Positions 8,779 to 17,643 of a stretch of DNA of 64,000 nucleotides are shown in pieces. A program made the position numbers and the translations under genes. This stretch comes from an uncultured Candidatus Saccharibacteria bacterium (lineage in GTDB: Bacteria; Patescibacteriota; WWE3; UBA101185; UBA10185), in the NCBI GenBank assembly GCA_964385105.1, contig CAYLMU010000001.1, positions 194,252 to 258,251 of the forward strand, in the 5' to 3' direction. Every line of letters begins with the position of its first letter. Position 1 is the first letter of the stretch. Under the pieces are notes generated by a model, which had not been told where the DNA came from, made no database searches, and saw nothing but the letters and a program-made list of their open reading frames with translations.

Positions 8779-10473
8779 CTACACGTTTATAGCGTGAACG
8801 ATTACCATAGGGCTTCTGCCGGTTTCTTTTAACAAAAAGCGCTCCACTTCTTTTTCTATTTTTGTTTGGAGTCCCTGCCAGTTTGTAACCTCTCCTGCTT
8901 GTTTATCCAGGACTTTATTTATCATATCTTTTGACCGTCCCATTAGTTCTTTTGACTCTTTAACATAAATAAAACCTCTTGTTATCACATCAACACTGCC
9001 CAAGATGGTTTTGGATTCTTTATCAATCGGAACGACAACCACAAACACACCTTCATCAGAAAGTATTTCCCTGTCTTTAATAACAACCGGCCCAATATTT
9101 CCAATTTCGCCGCCGTCAATGTAAACCGGTTTGGTTTGAATAGTAGGCCCCATTCCGGCGTTTCCGTTTTGGAAAATAACACTTTGGCCTTCTAAAAGTT
9201 CAAAAACCGATTCACGGTCATATCCTAAATCTACAACCATTTCTCTGTACGCTCTCATTTGTGTAACGCTTCCGCCAATTGGAATAAAGTACTTTGGATT
9301 AACAATTGAGGCCATCATTGTTAAATCCCCACGAGGGCCGTGGCCTGAAATGTGTAAATTTTCCTGGATTTTACTGTATATAACTTCTGCACCCCGTAGA
9401 GTGAGTTGATCCATTAATCTTTCAACCGGAATACGTGTTCCCGGAGGACTTGGGTCGGCAGAAAACACTACCATTGAGTTTTCTTCAAGATAAATCGTAT
9501 CGTGCTCACCTCTGGCAATTCTATCCAGAGTAGAACCTTGTTGGCCAAATGCTCCAGCAACAATGTAAACAAGTTCGCTTTGGTCATATCCTCCTGATTT
9601 TTTATGGTCAACAAACACATCGTTGTCAAAAGGCAAGAAACCTAGTTCTCTAGCAATTTCCACGCTTTTTTGAATAGATCTGCCTCCCAAAACTACTTTT
9701 CGTCCTTCTTTAACCGCAGCATCAATCATTTGGTACATTCTTGAAATATTTGAAGATATTGTTGTAAGCATAACTTGTCTTCCTTCGCCTTGTGCATACA
9801 AGTCATTGAATATGTGTTTCATAGTTTGTTCAGATTTTGAATATCCTTCAGTGTTAGCGCCTAAACAGTCTGACAATAAGCATAAAACTCCCTCGGCGCC
9901 ATATCCTGATATAGTCGCAATATCTATTGGTTTATCCAAAACAGGCGACCAATCTATTTTAAAGTCCGCTATATGAAGTATTCTTCCTTGCGGCGTGTTA
10001 ATTGAATATCCCATTGTAGTTGGAACAGAGTGGTTTACTCTAAACCCTGAAACCGTAAAACTACTGCCCAAGTTAAATTCTTTGCCATCATCTTCAATTA
10101 AATGAAAACTCGTATCTTTAAGCATTTGTTCCGACCCTTTGTCTACTAAACGCTCTTTAATAAATGCCTGAACAAGTTTGTTGGCATATATAGGTATATT
10201 TAAATCCCGCAACAAATAGGGAATTGCACCCAAATGGTCTTCATGGGCATGTGTGACTAAAAGTCCTCGAATTTTTTCTTTGTTTTGTAGCAAATAACTA
10301 AAATCGGGGATTATGACGTCGATTCCGGGCATTTGGTCATCAGGAAACCCGATTCCGCAATCAACAATCATAATATCATCGCCGCATTCATACACGGTCA
10401 TGTTTTTTGTAGCGCCTTCGCTACCGCTAAAATCTATTATTTTTACTGATCTATTATCCATATTTTTCCTCAA
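8779..10473 (-). CDS. rnj: Ribonuclease J (metallo-beta-lactamase / beta-CASP RNase)
   Basis: Metallo-beta-lactamase motif LVTHAHEDHLGAIPYLL. Length 564 aa. beta-CASP-like central region and RNase J C-terminal domain. Confidence 0.85.
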   Translation of the reverse strand: MRKNMDNRSVKIIDFSGSEGATKNMTVYECGDDIMIVDCGIGFPDDQMPGIDVIIPDFSYLLQNKEKIRGLLVTHAHEDHLGAIPYLLRDLNIPIYANKLVQAFIKERLVDKGSEQMLKDTSFHLIEDDGKEFNLGSSFTVSGFRVNHSVPTTMGYSINTPQGRILHIADFKIDWSPVLDKPIDIATISGYGAEGVLCLLSDCLGANTEGYSKSEQTMKHIFNDLYAQGEGRQVMLTTISSNISRMYQMIDAAVKEGRKVVLGGRSIQKSVEIARELGFLPFDNDVFVDHKKSGGYDQSELVYIVAGAFGQQGSTLDRIARGEHDTIYLEENSMVVFSADPSPPGTRIPVERLMDQLTLRGAEVIYSKIQENLHISGHGPRGDLTMMASIVNPKYFIPIGGSVTQMRAYREMVVDLGYDRESVFELLEGQSVIFQNGNAGMGPTIQTKPVYIDGGEIGNIGPVVIKDREILSDEGVFVVVVPIDKESKTILGSVDVITRGFIYVKESKELMGRSKDMINKVLDKQAGEVTNWQGLQTKIEKEVERFLLKETGRSPMVIVHAINV

Positions 10474-10479
10474 TTAAAT

Positions 10480-11082
10480 TTATAATCCTAAGGGATTGCT
10501 CCCTTTTCTCTCTACTTTTTCAAGTATTCCGGGAATTTGCATAAAATCTTTTACAAGGCTTTCTGCAAAATTACCATTTCTAAGTGCAGCTGCAGGGTGA
10601 TAAACAGGAAATACGTTATATAACGGAAGTGTTATAAGTTTACCATGATCTTTTGATATTTTACCTTCAGGATGAAAATAATTTAATGCAAATCTTCCCA
10701 GGGTTACAACCAGTTTTGGCTTTATTATGCCAAGTTGAGCATTTAAGTAAGGTTCACATGCTTTAATCTCATCAGGTAAAGGGTCTCTGTTTTTTGGTGG
10801 CCTGTGTTTCACAACATTTCCTATCCAAACATCTTCCCGTTCATAACCGATTTTGTTCAAAAGCTTGTCTAAAAGGTTTCCTGCTCTGCCTACAAACGGT
10901 CTGCCTGTAGCATCTTCATTAGCCCCAGGAGCCTCACCAATAAATACCAGTTCCGCGCTAATATTTCCTTCACCCGGAACCCCGTTTAGAGCTGTTTCAC
11001 ACAGTCTGCACTTTGAGCAATTAATAACTTTTTTTGCAATTTCATCCATTAACAGCTGCTCTTTTAATAAATGTTCTTTCAC
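10480..11082 (-). CDS. Uracil-DNA glycosylase, family 4 (Fe-S type)
   Basis: Family-4 motif GEAPGANEDATGRPFVGRAG. N-terminal Cys cluster CSKCRLC. 200 aa. Confidence 0.8.
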   Translation of the reverse strand: MKEHLLKEQLLMDEIAKKVINCSKCRLCETALNGVPGEGNISAELVFIGEAPGANEDATGRPFVGRAGNLLDKLLNKIGYEREDVWIGNVVKHRPPKNRDPLPDEIKACEPYLNAQLGIIKPKLVVTLGRFALNYFHPEGKISKDHGKLITLPLYNVFPVYHPAAALRNGNFAESLVKDFMQIPGILEKVERKGSNPLGL

Positions 11083-11603
11083 TTTATATACTCCGCTGTT
11101 TTTAATTTTTCGAGCACTTTCTCTATTATTTTTGCTTTATTTCTAATATTCATCCGGTCTGTTATATATTTGGCAGCTTTGTAATCAAGCCAAAAATAAT
11201 CGTCAAACTCTGTTTTCTCAATGTCAAGGTGTTCAGTTTGCGTATCAATTTTGTAAAAAAAATACACCTTTCCTTTTAATGCATATTCTTGTCCGTCATC
11301 TATTTTTATAACTTCAGAACTTGCTTTTGGGTTTGCAAATTCCATTTCTTCTATATGAATCAATTCATTGTTTGTGGTACATGTCTTGTAAAATTCTTCA
11401 GTAAGTTCTTCAGCCATTTTTCTGTTTAGTCCATCTTCCAATGTTTCGTTATTGTTTAGACTGCCTTGAGGAAACATCCAAATCCCATATTCCTTTTTAA
11501 AAAAAAAGAGCAGTTTGTTGTCACGCATTACAAGGCCGACAATTCCCGGTTTAAATCCAAGTTTTCGTATTTCATTAAGTTGTGCCAAATCAGGAGACTT
11601 CAT
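11079..11603 (-). CDS. NUDIX-family hydrolase (degenerate Nudix box)
   Basis: GSLNNNETLEDGLNRKMAEELTEE approximates the Nudix box Gx5Ex7REUxEExGU (RE is replaced by RK). 174 aa. Overlaps the upstream gene by 4 nt. Confidence 0.45.
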   Translation of the reverse strand: MKSPDLAQLNEIRKLGFKPGIVGLVMRDNKLLFFFKKEYGIWMFPQGSLNNNETLEDGLNRKMAEELTEEFYKTCTTNNELIHIEEMEFANPKASSEVIKIDDGQEYALKGKVYFFYKIDTQTEHLDIEKTEFDDYFWLDYKAAKYITDRMNIRNKAKIIEKVLEKLKTAEYIK

Positions 11604-11604
11604 A

Positions 11605-12693
11605 TTATTTTGGAAGGTATTCTTTTAAGTTTTGCTCATTTATGAAAACTCTTTCAACTTTACCTTCCACAATTTCTTTTGCAACCTTTCTGCAAATAGC
11701 ATCTACTGTTCTACTTATACTTCTTATTCCGCTGTCAAAACCAAACGGTCTGATGATGCTTGGCCACAGTTCCGGGTCAATTTGTAATTCATCCGGTCTT
11801 AAGCCATTTTTTTTGATAATTTTTTGTAGCAGATAATCACGTGCGATTACCACTTTTTCGGCATCGGTGTATGAAGCCATTTTTATTACTTCAAGTCTGT
11901 CCATAAGTGCTGTTGTAATGGTTCCTGTATTATTTGCCGAACAAATAAACATAACTTCAGATAAATCTAACGGGTAATCAATATAATGGTCACGAAATGC
12001 CGTATTTTGGTTTGGGTCGAGCAACTCAAGCAACACTGCCATAATATCTGTTCTTAAACCTTGTTCTCCGCTTGCTTTGTCAATTTCGTCCAAAAGTATT
12101 ACAGGATTTCGTACCTGAGTTTTTATTAAAGCTTTAATTATTTGTCCGGGCTCTGCTTCGGGAAATACTTTGCTTCGTCCTCGTAATTCAAGCGGAGTAC
12201 CAAGCGCACCCATGGAAATTCTCATAAATTCACGCCCTAAAGCTTCAGCTATAGACATTGCCAGGGTTGTTTTACCAATACCCTGCAAACCTACAAACAA
12301 CAAAACAGGGGACTGTGAAATTACATCCTGTCCTTCTGTTATCGTATCAACTTCTCTGTCGATTTTAAGTTTTATTGTGGCTAAGTACTCCAAAAGTCGT
12401 TCTTTCACATCTTCCATACCGTGGTGGTTTTTATCAAGCAATTGCTTTGCCTGAACAAGGTCAAGATTATCTTTTGTTCTTTTATTCCAGGGAATCGACG
12501 TAATTACAGTAATATACCTTGATAACGTATCAAATTCAGCAGCATAATGACCAAGCTTAGCCATTCGGTTTAGCCTGTCAAGCATTTGCAACGCTTTTTC
12601 TTTTAAATCTTCAGGAAGTCCTTGAGTATTTTCAATGCTTGTGTTTAAGGCTTCCAACTCCTCAAAAATATACTCTTCTTTCACATTAGGCAT
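11605..12693 (-). CDS. Lon-like AAA+ ATPase module (362 aa) lacking both the N-terminal LON domain and the C-terminal S16 protease domain
   Basis: Walker A VLLFVGLQGIGKTTLAMSIA. Walker B VILLDEIDKAS. Lon-specific DHYIDYPLDLSEVMFICSANN...ALMDRLEVIKMASYTDAEK matches the Lon DHYLDVPFDLS...LLDRMEVI motif. The ORF ends shortly after the AAA+ lid domain. No Ser-Lys dyad region is present. Confidence 0.7.
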   Translation of the reverse strand: MPNVKEEYIFEELEALNTSIENTQGLPEDLKEKALQMLDRLNRMAKLGHYAAEFDTLSRYITVITSIPWNKRTKDNLDLVQAKQLLDKNHHGMEDVKERLLEYLATIKLKIDREVDTITEGQDVISQSPVLLFVGLQGIGKTTLAMSIAEALGREFMRISMGALGTPLELRGRSKVFPEAEPGQIIKALIKTQVRNPVILLDEIDKASGEQGLRTDIMAVLLELLDPNQNTAFRDHYIDYPLDLSEVMFICSANNTGTITTALMDRLEVIKMASYTDAEKVVIARDYLLQKIIKKNGLRPDELQIDPELWPSIIRPFGFDSGIRSISRTVDAICRKVAKEIVEGKVERVFINEQNLKEYLPK

Positions 12694-12724
12694 ATTTTTA
12701 TCTTAACATTTTTTAGGACAATAT

Positions 12725-14929
12725 TTATCTTCTGTTTCTACCTCTGTCACGTCCTCTGTCTCTTCCACCTCTATTTCTATCGCCTCGACCTCTATCATAT
12801 CTGCTGGGTCTTTCTTCTTCCTGATAGCCTTCAGGTCTTGGTTCCAATGCTTTTTTAGATAATGAGATTTTTCCGTTTTGACCTTTGTCTATTACTTTTA
12901 CTTTAACCGTGTCGCCAACCTTTAAAATATCGCCTACACTTTTAACGTAATCGTATGCAAGTTCGCTAACATGCAATAACCCTGTTTTACCGGGCAATAT
13001 TTCTACGAATGCGCCAAAATCTACAATTTCTTCAACAATACCGTCAAATATTTCACCAATTTCTACTTCTCGGGTCATGCCGTCAATTATTGCAAATGCT
13101 TCCTGTACAGCCTCGTTGCTTGGACCTGAAATAAACACACTTCCGTCCTCTTCAATTCCAAGTTCGGTACCTGTTTTTGTTTGAATTTCCCTAATAGTTT
13201 TGCCACCCGAGCCTATAATCATGCCTATTTGTTCAGGATCTATTTTTGTAGTGAGCATTCTTGGAGCATATTTGCTGGTGTCTTTTCTTGGTTCTGATAG
13301 AGTCTTCTTCATTACATCCAATATTTTCAATCTCGCCTCACGTGATTGCTCAAAGATTTTCGGAAGTAAGTGCATTGGAATACCATTTACCTTCATATCA
13401 AGTTGAATGGCTGTAAGTCCGTCTTTAGTCCCTGCTATTTTAAAGTCCATATGGCCTGACATGTCTTCTAGCCCTACAATATCGGTTAATAATACATATT
13501 TATCATTTTCTTCATCAGCAACAAGCCCCACAGAAATTCCTGCCGCCATATCTTTTATAGGTACACCTGCATCCATTAAAGCCAATGTTGAACCGCATAC
13601 TGCAGCCATTGACGTTGAGCCGTTTGATGAAAGCACTTCAGTCATCAAAATTATCATATATGGAAATTCCGATTGATCGGGAATTAACGGTGCAAGACCT
13701 TTTTCTGCCAACATTCCGTGGCCTATTTCCCGGCCTCCCGGGCCTCCCATTCTGCCCACTTCCCCTGTTGAGTAAGGAGGAAAGTTATAGTAGTGAAGGT
13801 AAGTTTTTGACCTTTCTCCATACATGTCCTGTACTAATAGTTCAAGTGAAGGGTTACCAAGTGTAGCAACAGTCAAAACCTGTGTCTGGCCTCGTTCAAA
13901 TATAGCACTACCGTGTGTTCTTGGTAATATACCGGCTTGAGATGACAATGGCCTTATTTCAGTCAAAGCTCGGCCGTCGGGTCTTTTGCCTTCATTTAAA
14001 ATAAGATTTTGCATTAATTTCTTTTGAACTTCATACAAAGCTCTTTCCATGTCTGATTTTTTGTAAACACCTTCATACTTTGTATATAGTTCTTCAAGAA
14101 TTTCAGCTCTTGCTGTTGTGCGCTCTTCTTTGCTTGAACCATCATCAAGAAGTTTTCCTATTTTTTCAGAAGCTGATTCTTTTACTTTTTCAAGCATTTC
14201 AGCGTCCAAAGCCCTTGATGTATATTCGTATTTTGTTTCATTTGGATTAACTTCTTTTGAAAAGTCCAAAATTAAATTAATCATAGGGTCAAGCCTGTCA
14301 CGGGCATATTCAATTCCGCTTAAAACAATATCTTCAGGAAGATTTTGTATACCAGCCTCAATTGCAAGAAATTTCTTTTCAGTACCTACAAAAGACAGCA
14401 TCATATCCATTACGGATTTTTCTTTCATTTCTTTTTTAGTGGGGTTTATTGCAAAGTTTCCATCAATATAGCCAACCCGTGCAGAAGACATTGGCCCGTT
14501 CCATGGAATATCCGATGCCGTCAATACAACTGATGCAGCAACCATACATGTAAACTCAGGGTCAGAGTCTTCGTCCAGTGACAAAATAGTGAGTGTAACT
14601 TGAACCTCGTCCATAAAGTCTTTTGGAAAAAGCGGGCGAATGGCATGGTCAATTAATCGTCGGGTTACAACAGCATCGTCTGTTGGTTTTCCTTCTCTTT
14701 TTACAAATCGTGAGCTTTTAATACTTCCGCTTGCATACAATTTTTCTTCATATTCAACTCTCAAAGGAAAAAAATCCAAATCAGGGTTTAATCCTCCTGA
14801 AACAGCTGTTGCAAGTACAACAGTTTCACCATAAGTTACTTTAACTGCCATATTAGTTTGAGGGGCTAAATGCCCTGTCTCAAAAATTAATGGCTTTCCG
14901 TCAAAATCTATTTCTTTTTTTACGAACAT
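12725..14929 (-). CDS. pnp: Polynucleotide phosphorylase (PNPase)
   Basis: Two RNase PH domains. KH domain (IGMIIGSGGKTIREI). S1 domain (GEIFDGIVEEIVDFGAFVEI). Arg/Gly-rich C-terminal tail. Conserved rpsO-pnp synteny. Confidence 0.9.
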   Translation of the reverse strand: MFVKKEIDFDGKPLIFETGHLAPQTNMAVKVTYGETVVLATAVSGGLNPDLDFFPLRVEYEEKLYASGSIKSSRFVKREGKPTDDAVVTRRLIDHAIRPLFPKDFMDEVQVTLTILSLDEDSDPEFTCMVAASVVLTASDIPWNGPMSSARVGYIDGNFAINPTKKEMKEKSVMDMMLSFVGTEKKFLAIEAGIQNLPEDIVLSGIEYARDRLDPMINLILDFSKEVNPNETKYEYTSRALDAEMLEKVKESASEKIGKLLDDGSSKEERTTARAEILEELYTKYEGVYKKSDMERALYEVQKKLMQNLILNEGKRPDGRALTEIRPLSSQAGILPRTHGSAIFERGQTQVLTVATLGNPSLELLVQDMYGERSKTYLHYYNFPPYSTGEVGRMGGPGGREIGHGMLAEKGLAPLIPDQSEFPYMIILMTEVLSSNGSTSMAAVCGSTLALMDAGVPIKDMAAGISVGLVADEENDKYVLLTDIVGLEDMSGHMDFKIAGTKDGLTAIQLDMKVNGIPMHLLPKIFEQSREARLKILDVMKKTLSEPRKDTSKYAPRMLTTKIDPEQIGMIIGSGGKTIREIQTKTGTELGIEEDGSVFISGPSNEAVQEAFAIIDGMTREVEIGEIFDGIVEEIVDFGAFVEILPGKTGLLHVSELAYDYVKSVGDILKVGDTVKVKVIDKGQNGKISLSKKALEPRPEGYQEEERPSRYDRGRGDRNRGGRDRGRDRGRNRR

Positions 14930-15042
14930 ATTTTTACTTTCCGGGTGTTTGAGCGATTAAATTAAGAGATTTTGTACACAATTAAATTCTGTACATGATT
15001 CCAAAATCTAATCACTCTTTATTTCCCTTGTTAAATTATTTA

Positions 15043-15309
15043 CTATTTAAGGTCAAGCTTTTCGGTAAGCTTGGTATAACGCTCTTCGTCTTTTCCTTTT
15101 AAAAATTGAAGCAATCTGCGTCTTTTGTTTACCATTTGCAACAGACCACGTCGTGAGTGGTTATCTTTTTTATGGGTTTTTAAATGATTTGATAGTTCTT
15201 CTATTCTTCTTGATAAAATTGCTACCTGTACTTCTGGAGAACCGGTATCGGCTTCATGAAGTTGATGATTTTTTATTAATTTTTCTTTTCCGTTTTTATT
15301 TCTAGCCAT
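15043..15309 (-). CDS. rpsO: 30S ribosomal protein S15
   Basis: Sequence [57 protein letters not shown] is typical of S15. Located upstream of pnp. Start assigned to the Met at 15309 (the ORF track extends to 15318). Confidence 0.9.
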   Translation of the reverse strand: MARNKNGKEKLIKNHQLHEADTGSPEVQVAILSRRIEELSNHLKTHKKDNHSRRGLLQMVNKRRRLLQFLKGKDEERYTKLTEKLDLK

Positions 15310-15348
15310 ACCTTGCATGAGTTATTGTACCAACTTTTCTTTGTAGAA

Positions 15349-16068
15349 TCAACCATTTACTTGGCTACTTATCCCGGTTAAAAGCGCCTTTGCAGCTTTA
15401 GGATTAGGTGTAAGATCTAAGTTAAGAGATTCTTTAAAAACCAACATGCTTAAATTTTCAGCATATGTGTCAATAATATTAACCACGCCAAATCTTTGGT
15501 TTTTATTGGTATTATCAAAATTTATTATCTTTGCTCTATGAATCTCATCTTTTAAGTTGTTGTATATCGGACCCATGTCGAGCAATTCCTGAGCACCAAC
15601 CGTAATAATCAAATCAAAATCATAGCCTGTTACTTTAGCTTTAACTCTGTCTGTGGCAAAATCTTTTGGTACAGGACCAAGTTTTAAATAAAGCGTTTCG
15701 TTATTATGTGAATATTGGGCTTTAGCGGCCGGTGTGTTTGAATAATCTATTGCAACCATTAAATATCTTTCATTAAGCTCTGTTGTAATAAGTTCATCCT
15801 CAATAACACCTGCACAATCCTCAGGGATTTTACCCGAATAAATAAAACGGATGTTTTTTTGCATATTAGTCTCGGAATCTTCATATTTTTGCTTTAACAT
15901 GTAAAACAAACCGGCTGCGGCACAAAAAGAATTTCCGCGTGCGGTTTTTGAAGGTATGATAGCAATTTCCCTTGCATCATTTATTAAATTTACTACCTGT
16001 TCATTATCGTAGTTACTTACTTGCATTTTATTTAGTTGAGCAGAAAATAATTTGAAACTATTGTGCAA
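15349..16068 (-). CDS. DHH-family (NrnA/CnpB-like) protein with degenerate catalytic motifs; N-terminal DHH domain only (239 aa)
   Basis: Collinear with NrnA motifs but the key residues are substituted. IAIIPSKTARGNSFCAAAGL replaces the H-x-x-PDGDA-GS motif. LMVAIDYSN is the motif III equivalent. AKIINFDNTN sits where KIDHHPN (the DHH motif) occurs. NPKAAKALLTGISSQ resembles NTKAAELIYAGI. The infB-[DHH]-rpsO-pnp synteny is known from Actinobacteria/Firmicutes. Confidence 0.5.
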   Translation of the reverse strand: MHNSFKLFSAQLNKMQVSNYDNEQVVNLINDAREIAIIPSKTARGNSFCAAAGLFYMLKQKYEDSETNMQKNIRFIYSGKIPEDCAGVIEDELITTELNERYLMVAIDYSNTPAAKAQYSHNNETLYLKLGPVPKDFATDRVKAKVTGYDFDLIITVGAQELLDMGPIYNNLKDEIHRAKIINFDNTNKNQRFGVVNIIDTYAENLSMLVFKESLNLDLTPNPKAAKALLTGISSQVNG

Positions 16069-16085
16069 CTAGAGTGAGTAGAAGT

Positions 16086-16114
16086 ATTTTATAACAAATG
16101 CCCTATAGTGTCAA
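16086..16114 (-). promoter_or_regulatory. Candidate sigma70 promoter (minus strand TTGACA-N17-TAAAAT) upstream of the DHH-like gene
   Basis: The reverse complement of 16086..16114 is TTGACActatagggcatttgttaTAAAAT, located in the infB-DHH intergenic spacer. Confidence 0.35.
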
Positions 16115-16121
16115 TCTATAG

Positions 16122-17609
16122 TTATTTAACCTCAATAAACATACCCTTTTCAACATCGGTGAAATCAGGTTTAAAAAGTACGCCGCATTCGGTATTTTTT
16201 CCCGCCATTGTAATATCTTCTTTGCCATGTTTTAGTTTTTTGATTTTACCCCGGTAAACAGGTTCATCTAAATCGGTGATATCTGCAGGATTTTTTGTAT
16301 AAATTTCAACTCTGCTGTCAAGCTTTAATGCCCCTGCCAATACTGTACATCCTGCAATAATATCGCCCGACGGAAGTTTAAATGTTTGTAAAATCTCGGC
16401 ACGGCCTTTTATTTTTGCTTCTTCGCTTCGAGCTGTACCTTGTAATAAGTCTTTTAAATCGTCAATAAGGTCATATATTGTTTTATAGGTTTTAACACTA
16501 ACACTCAAATCTTCTGCCAGAGTGGTAGCAGAAGCAGGGACACTCACATTAAATCCCACAACCACACTATTTGTATTAGAAGCCAATAGTATATCTGAAT
16601 CCGTAATTTGACCTGTTGATGTTAAAACAAATTTTATAGAAAAATCAGCTCCTACCGATTCTGTTACTAAATTGGCTAAACTTGCTTTTACCGCTTCAAG
16701 AGTACCTTGAGTGTCGGCTTTTATAATTACTCCAACTGTTTTTTTGGTTTCCTGGCCTATAATTTCAACTCTGTCTTGTGAAACGGCAAGTTCTTCAAGT
16801 TCGCTGCCTTTTGTAACAATTAAATCACCTACATTTGGAGTTTCTTTAAATCCGAGTATTTCAACAGGTGTGGATGGGCCGGCTTGTTTTACCATTTTAC
16901 CCTGAGCATCCATGAGTGAGCGTACCTTAGCATGAAATCCGCTTGCACCAATTTCATCGCCAACATTTAATGTTCCGTTTCTTACAATACATGAAACAAC
17001 AACCCCTCTTTTTTTATCAAGCTTAGATTCAATAATCATTGCTTCAAGCTCCTCGTTTGGGTCTGCTTTAAGAGTTAACAATTCAGCCACCGCCAAAATT
17101 GAATCCAATAAATCTTTTATACCGGCGCCTGTTTTTGCTGAAACTTCAACGCTAACAATGTCACCGCCCCAATCTTCTACAAGCACATTTTCTTGTGCCA
17201 GTCCTTGCTTTGCTTTTTGCGGATCGGCACCAGAAATATCCATCTTATTTATTGCAACAATAATTGGTGCTCCTGCAGCTTTTGCATGTGAAATTGCCTC
17301 TTTTGTTTGAGGTTGTACACCATCATCAGCTGCTACTACTAAAATAACCAAATCAGCAGCTCTTCCACCTCTTGCTCTCATTTGAGTAAATGCAGCGTGT
17401 CCGGGTGTATCTATAAAAGTGATTTTTTGACCCTCATGCTCAATTTGATACGCACCAATGTGTTGTGTTATTCCACCATATTCTTTTGCCTGGATGTTTG
17501 TTTGACGGATTTTATCTAAAATACTGGTTTTACCGTGGTCAACATGACCCATAACGGTAACAATAGGGGGGCGTACGAATTCTTTTGTATTATTTGTTTT
17601 ATCTGCCAT
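16122..17609 (-). CDS. infB: Translation initiation factor IF-2 (short form: G domain plus C-terminal domains; no long N-terminal region)
   Basis: G1 motif [17 protein letters not shown]3 DTPGH. G4 NKMD. Conserved nusA-infB synteny. 495 aa. Confidence 0.85.
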   Translation of the reverse strand: MADKTNNTKEFVRPPIVTVMGHVDHGKTSILDKIRQTNIQAKEYGGITQHIGAYQIEHEGQKITFIDTPGHAAFTQMRARGGRAADLVILVVAADDGVQPQTKEAISHAKAAGAPIIVAINKMDISGADPQKAKQGLAQENVLVEDWGGDIVSVEVSAKTGAGIKDLLDSILAVAELLTLKADPNEELEAMIIESKLDKKRGVVVSCIVRNGTLNVGDEIGASGFHAKVRSLMDAQGKMVKQAGPSTPVEILGFKETPNVGDLIVTKGSELEELAVSQDRVEIIGQETKKTVGVIIKADTQGTLEAVKASLANLVTESVGADFSIKFVLTSTGQITDSDILLASNTNSVVVGFNVSVPASATTLAEDLSVSVKTYKTIYDLIDDLKDLLQGTARSEEAKIKGRAEILQTFKLPSGDIIAGCTVLAGALKLDSRVEIYTKNPADITDLDEPVYRGKIKKLKHGKEDITMAGKNTECGVLFKPDFTDVEKGMFIEVK

Positions 17610-17643
17610 ATTTGTTTGTGTTTTATTAACGCTCCAGACATTT

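Noticed and set aside
14930-15042. TGTACA-N11-TGTACA hairpin between rpsO and pnp
   Set aside because: It may be an RNase III-type processing stem like the E. coli pnp leader. However, the stem is only 6 bp and AT-rich, with no U-tract, so it is too weak to call from sequence alone.
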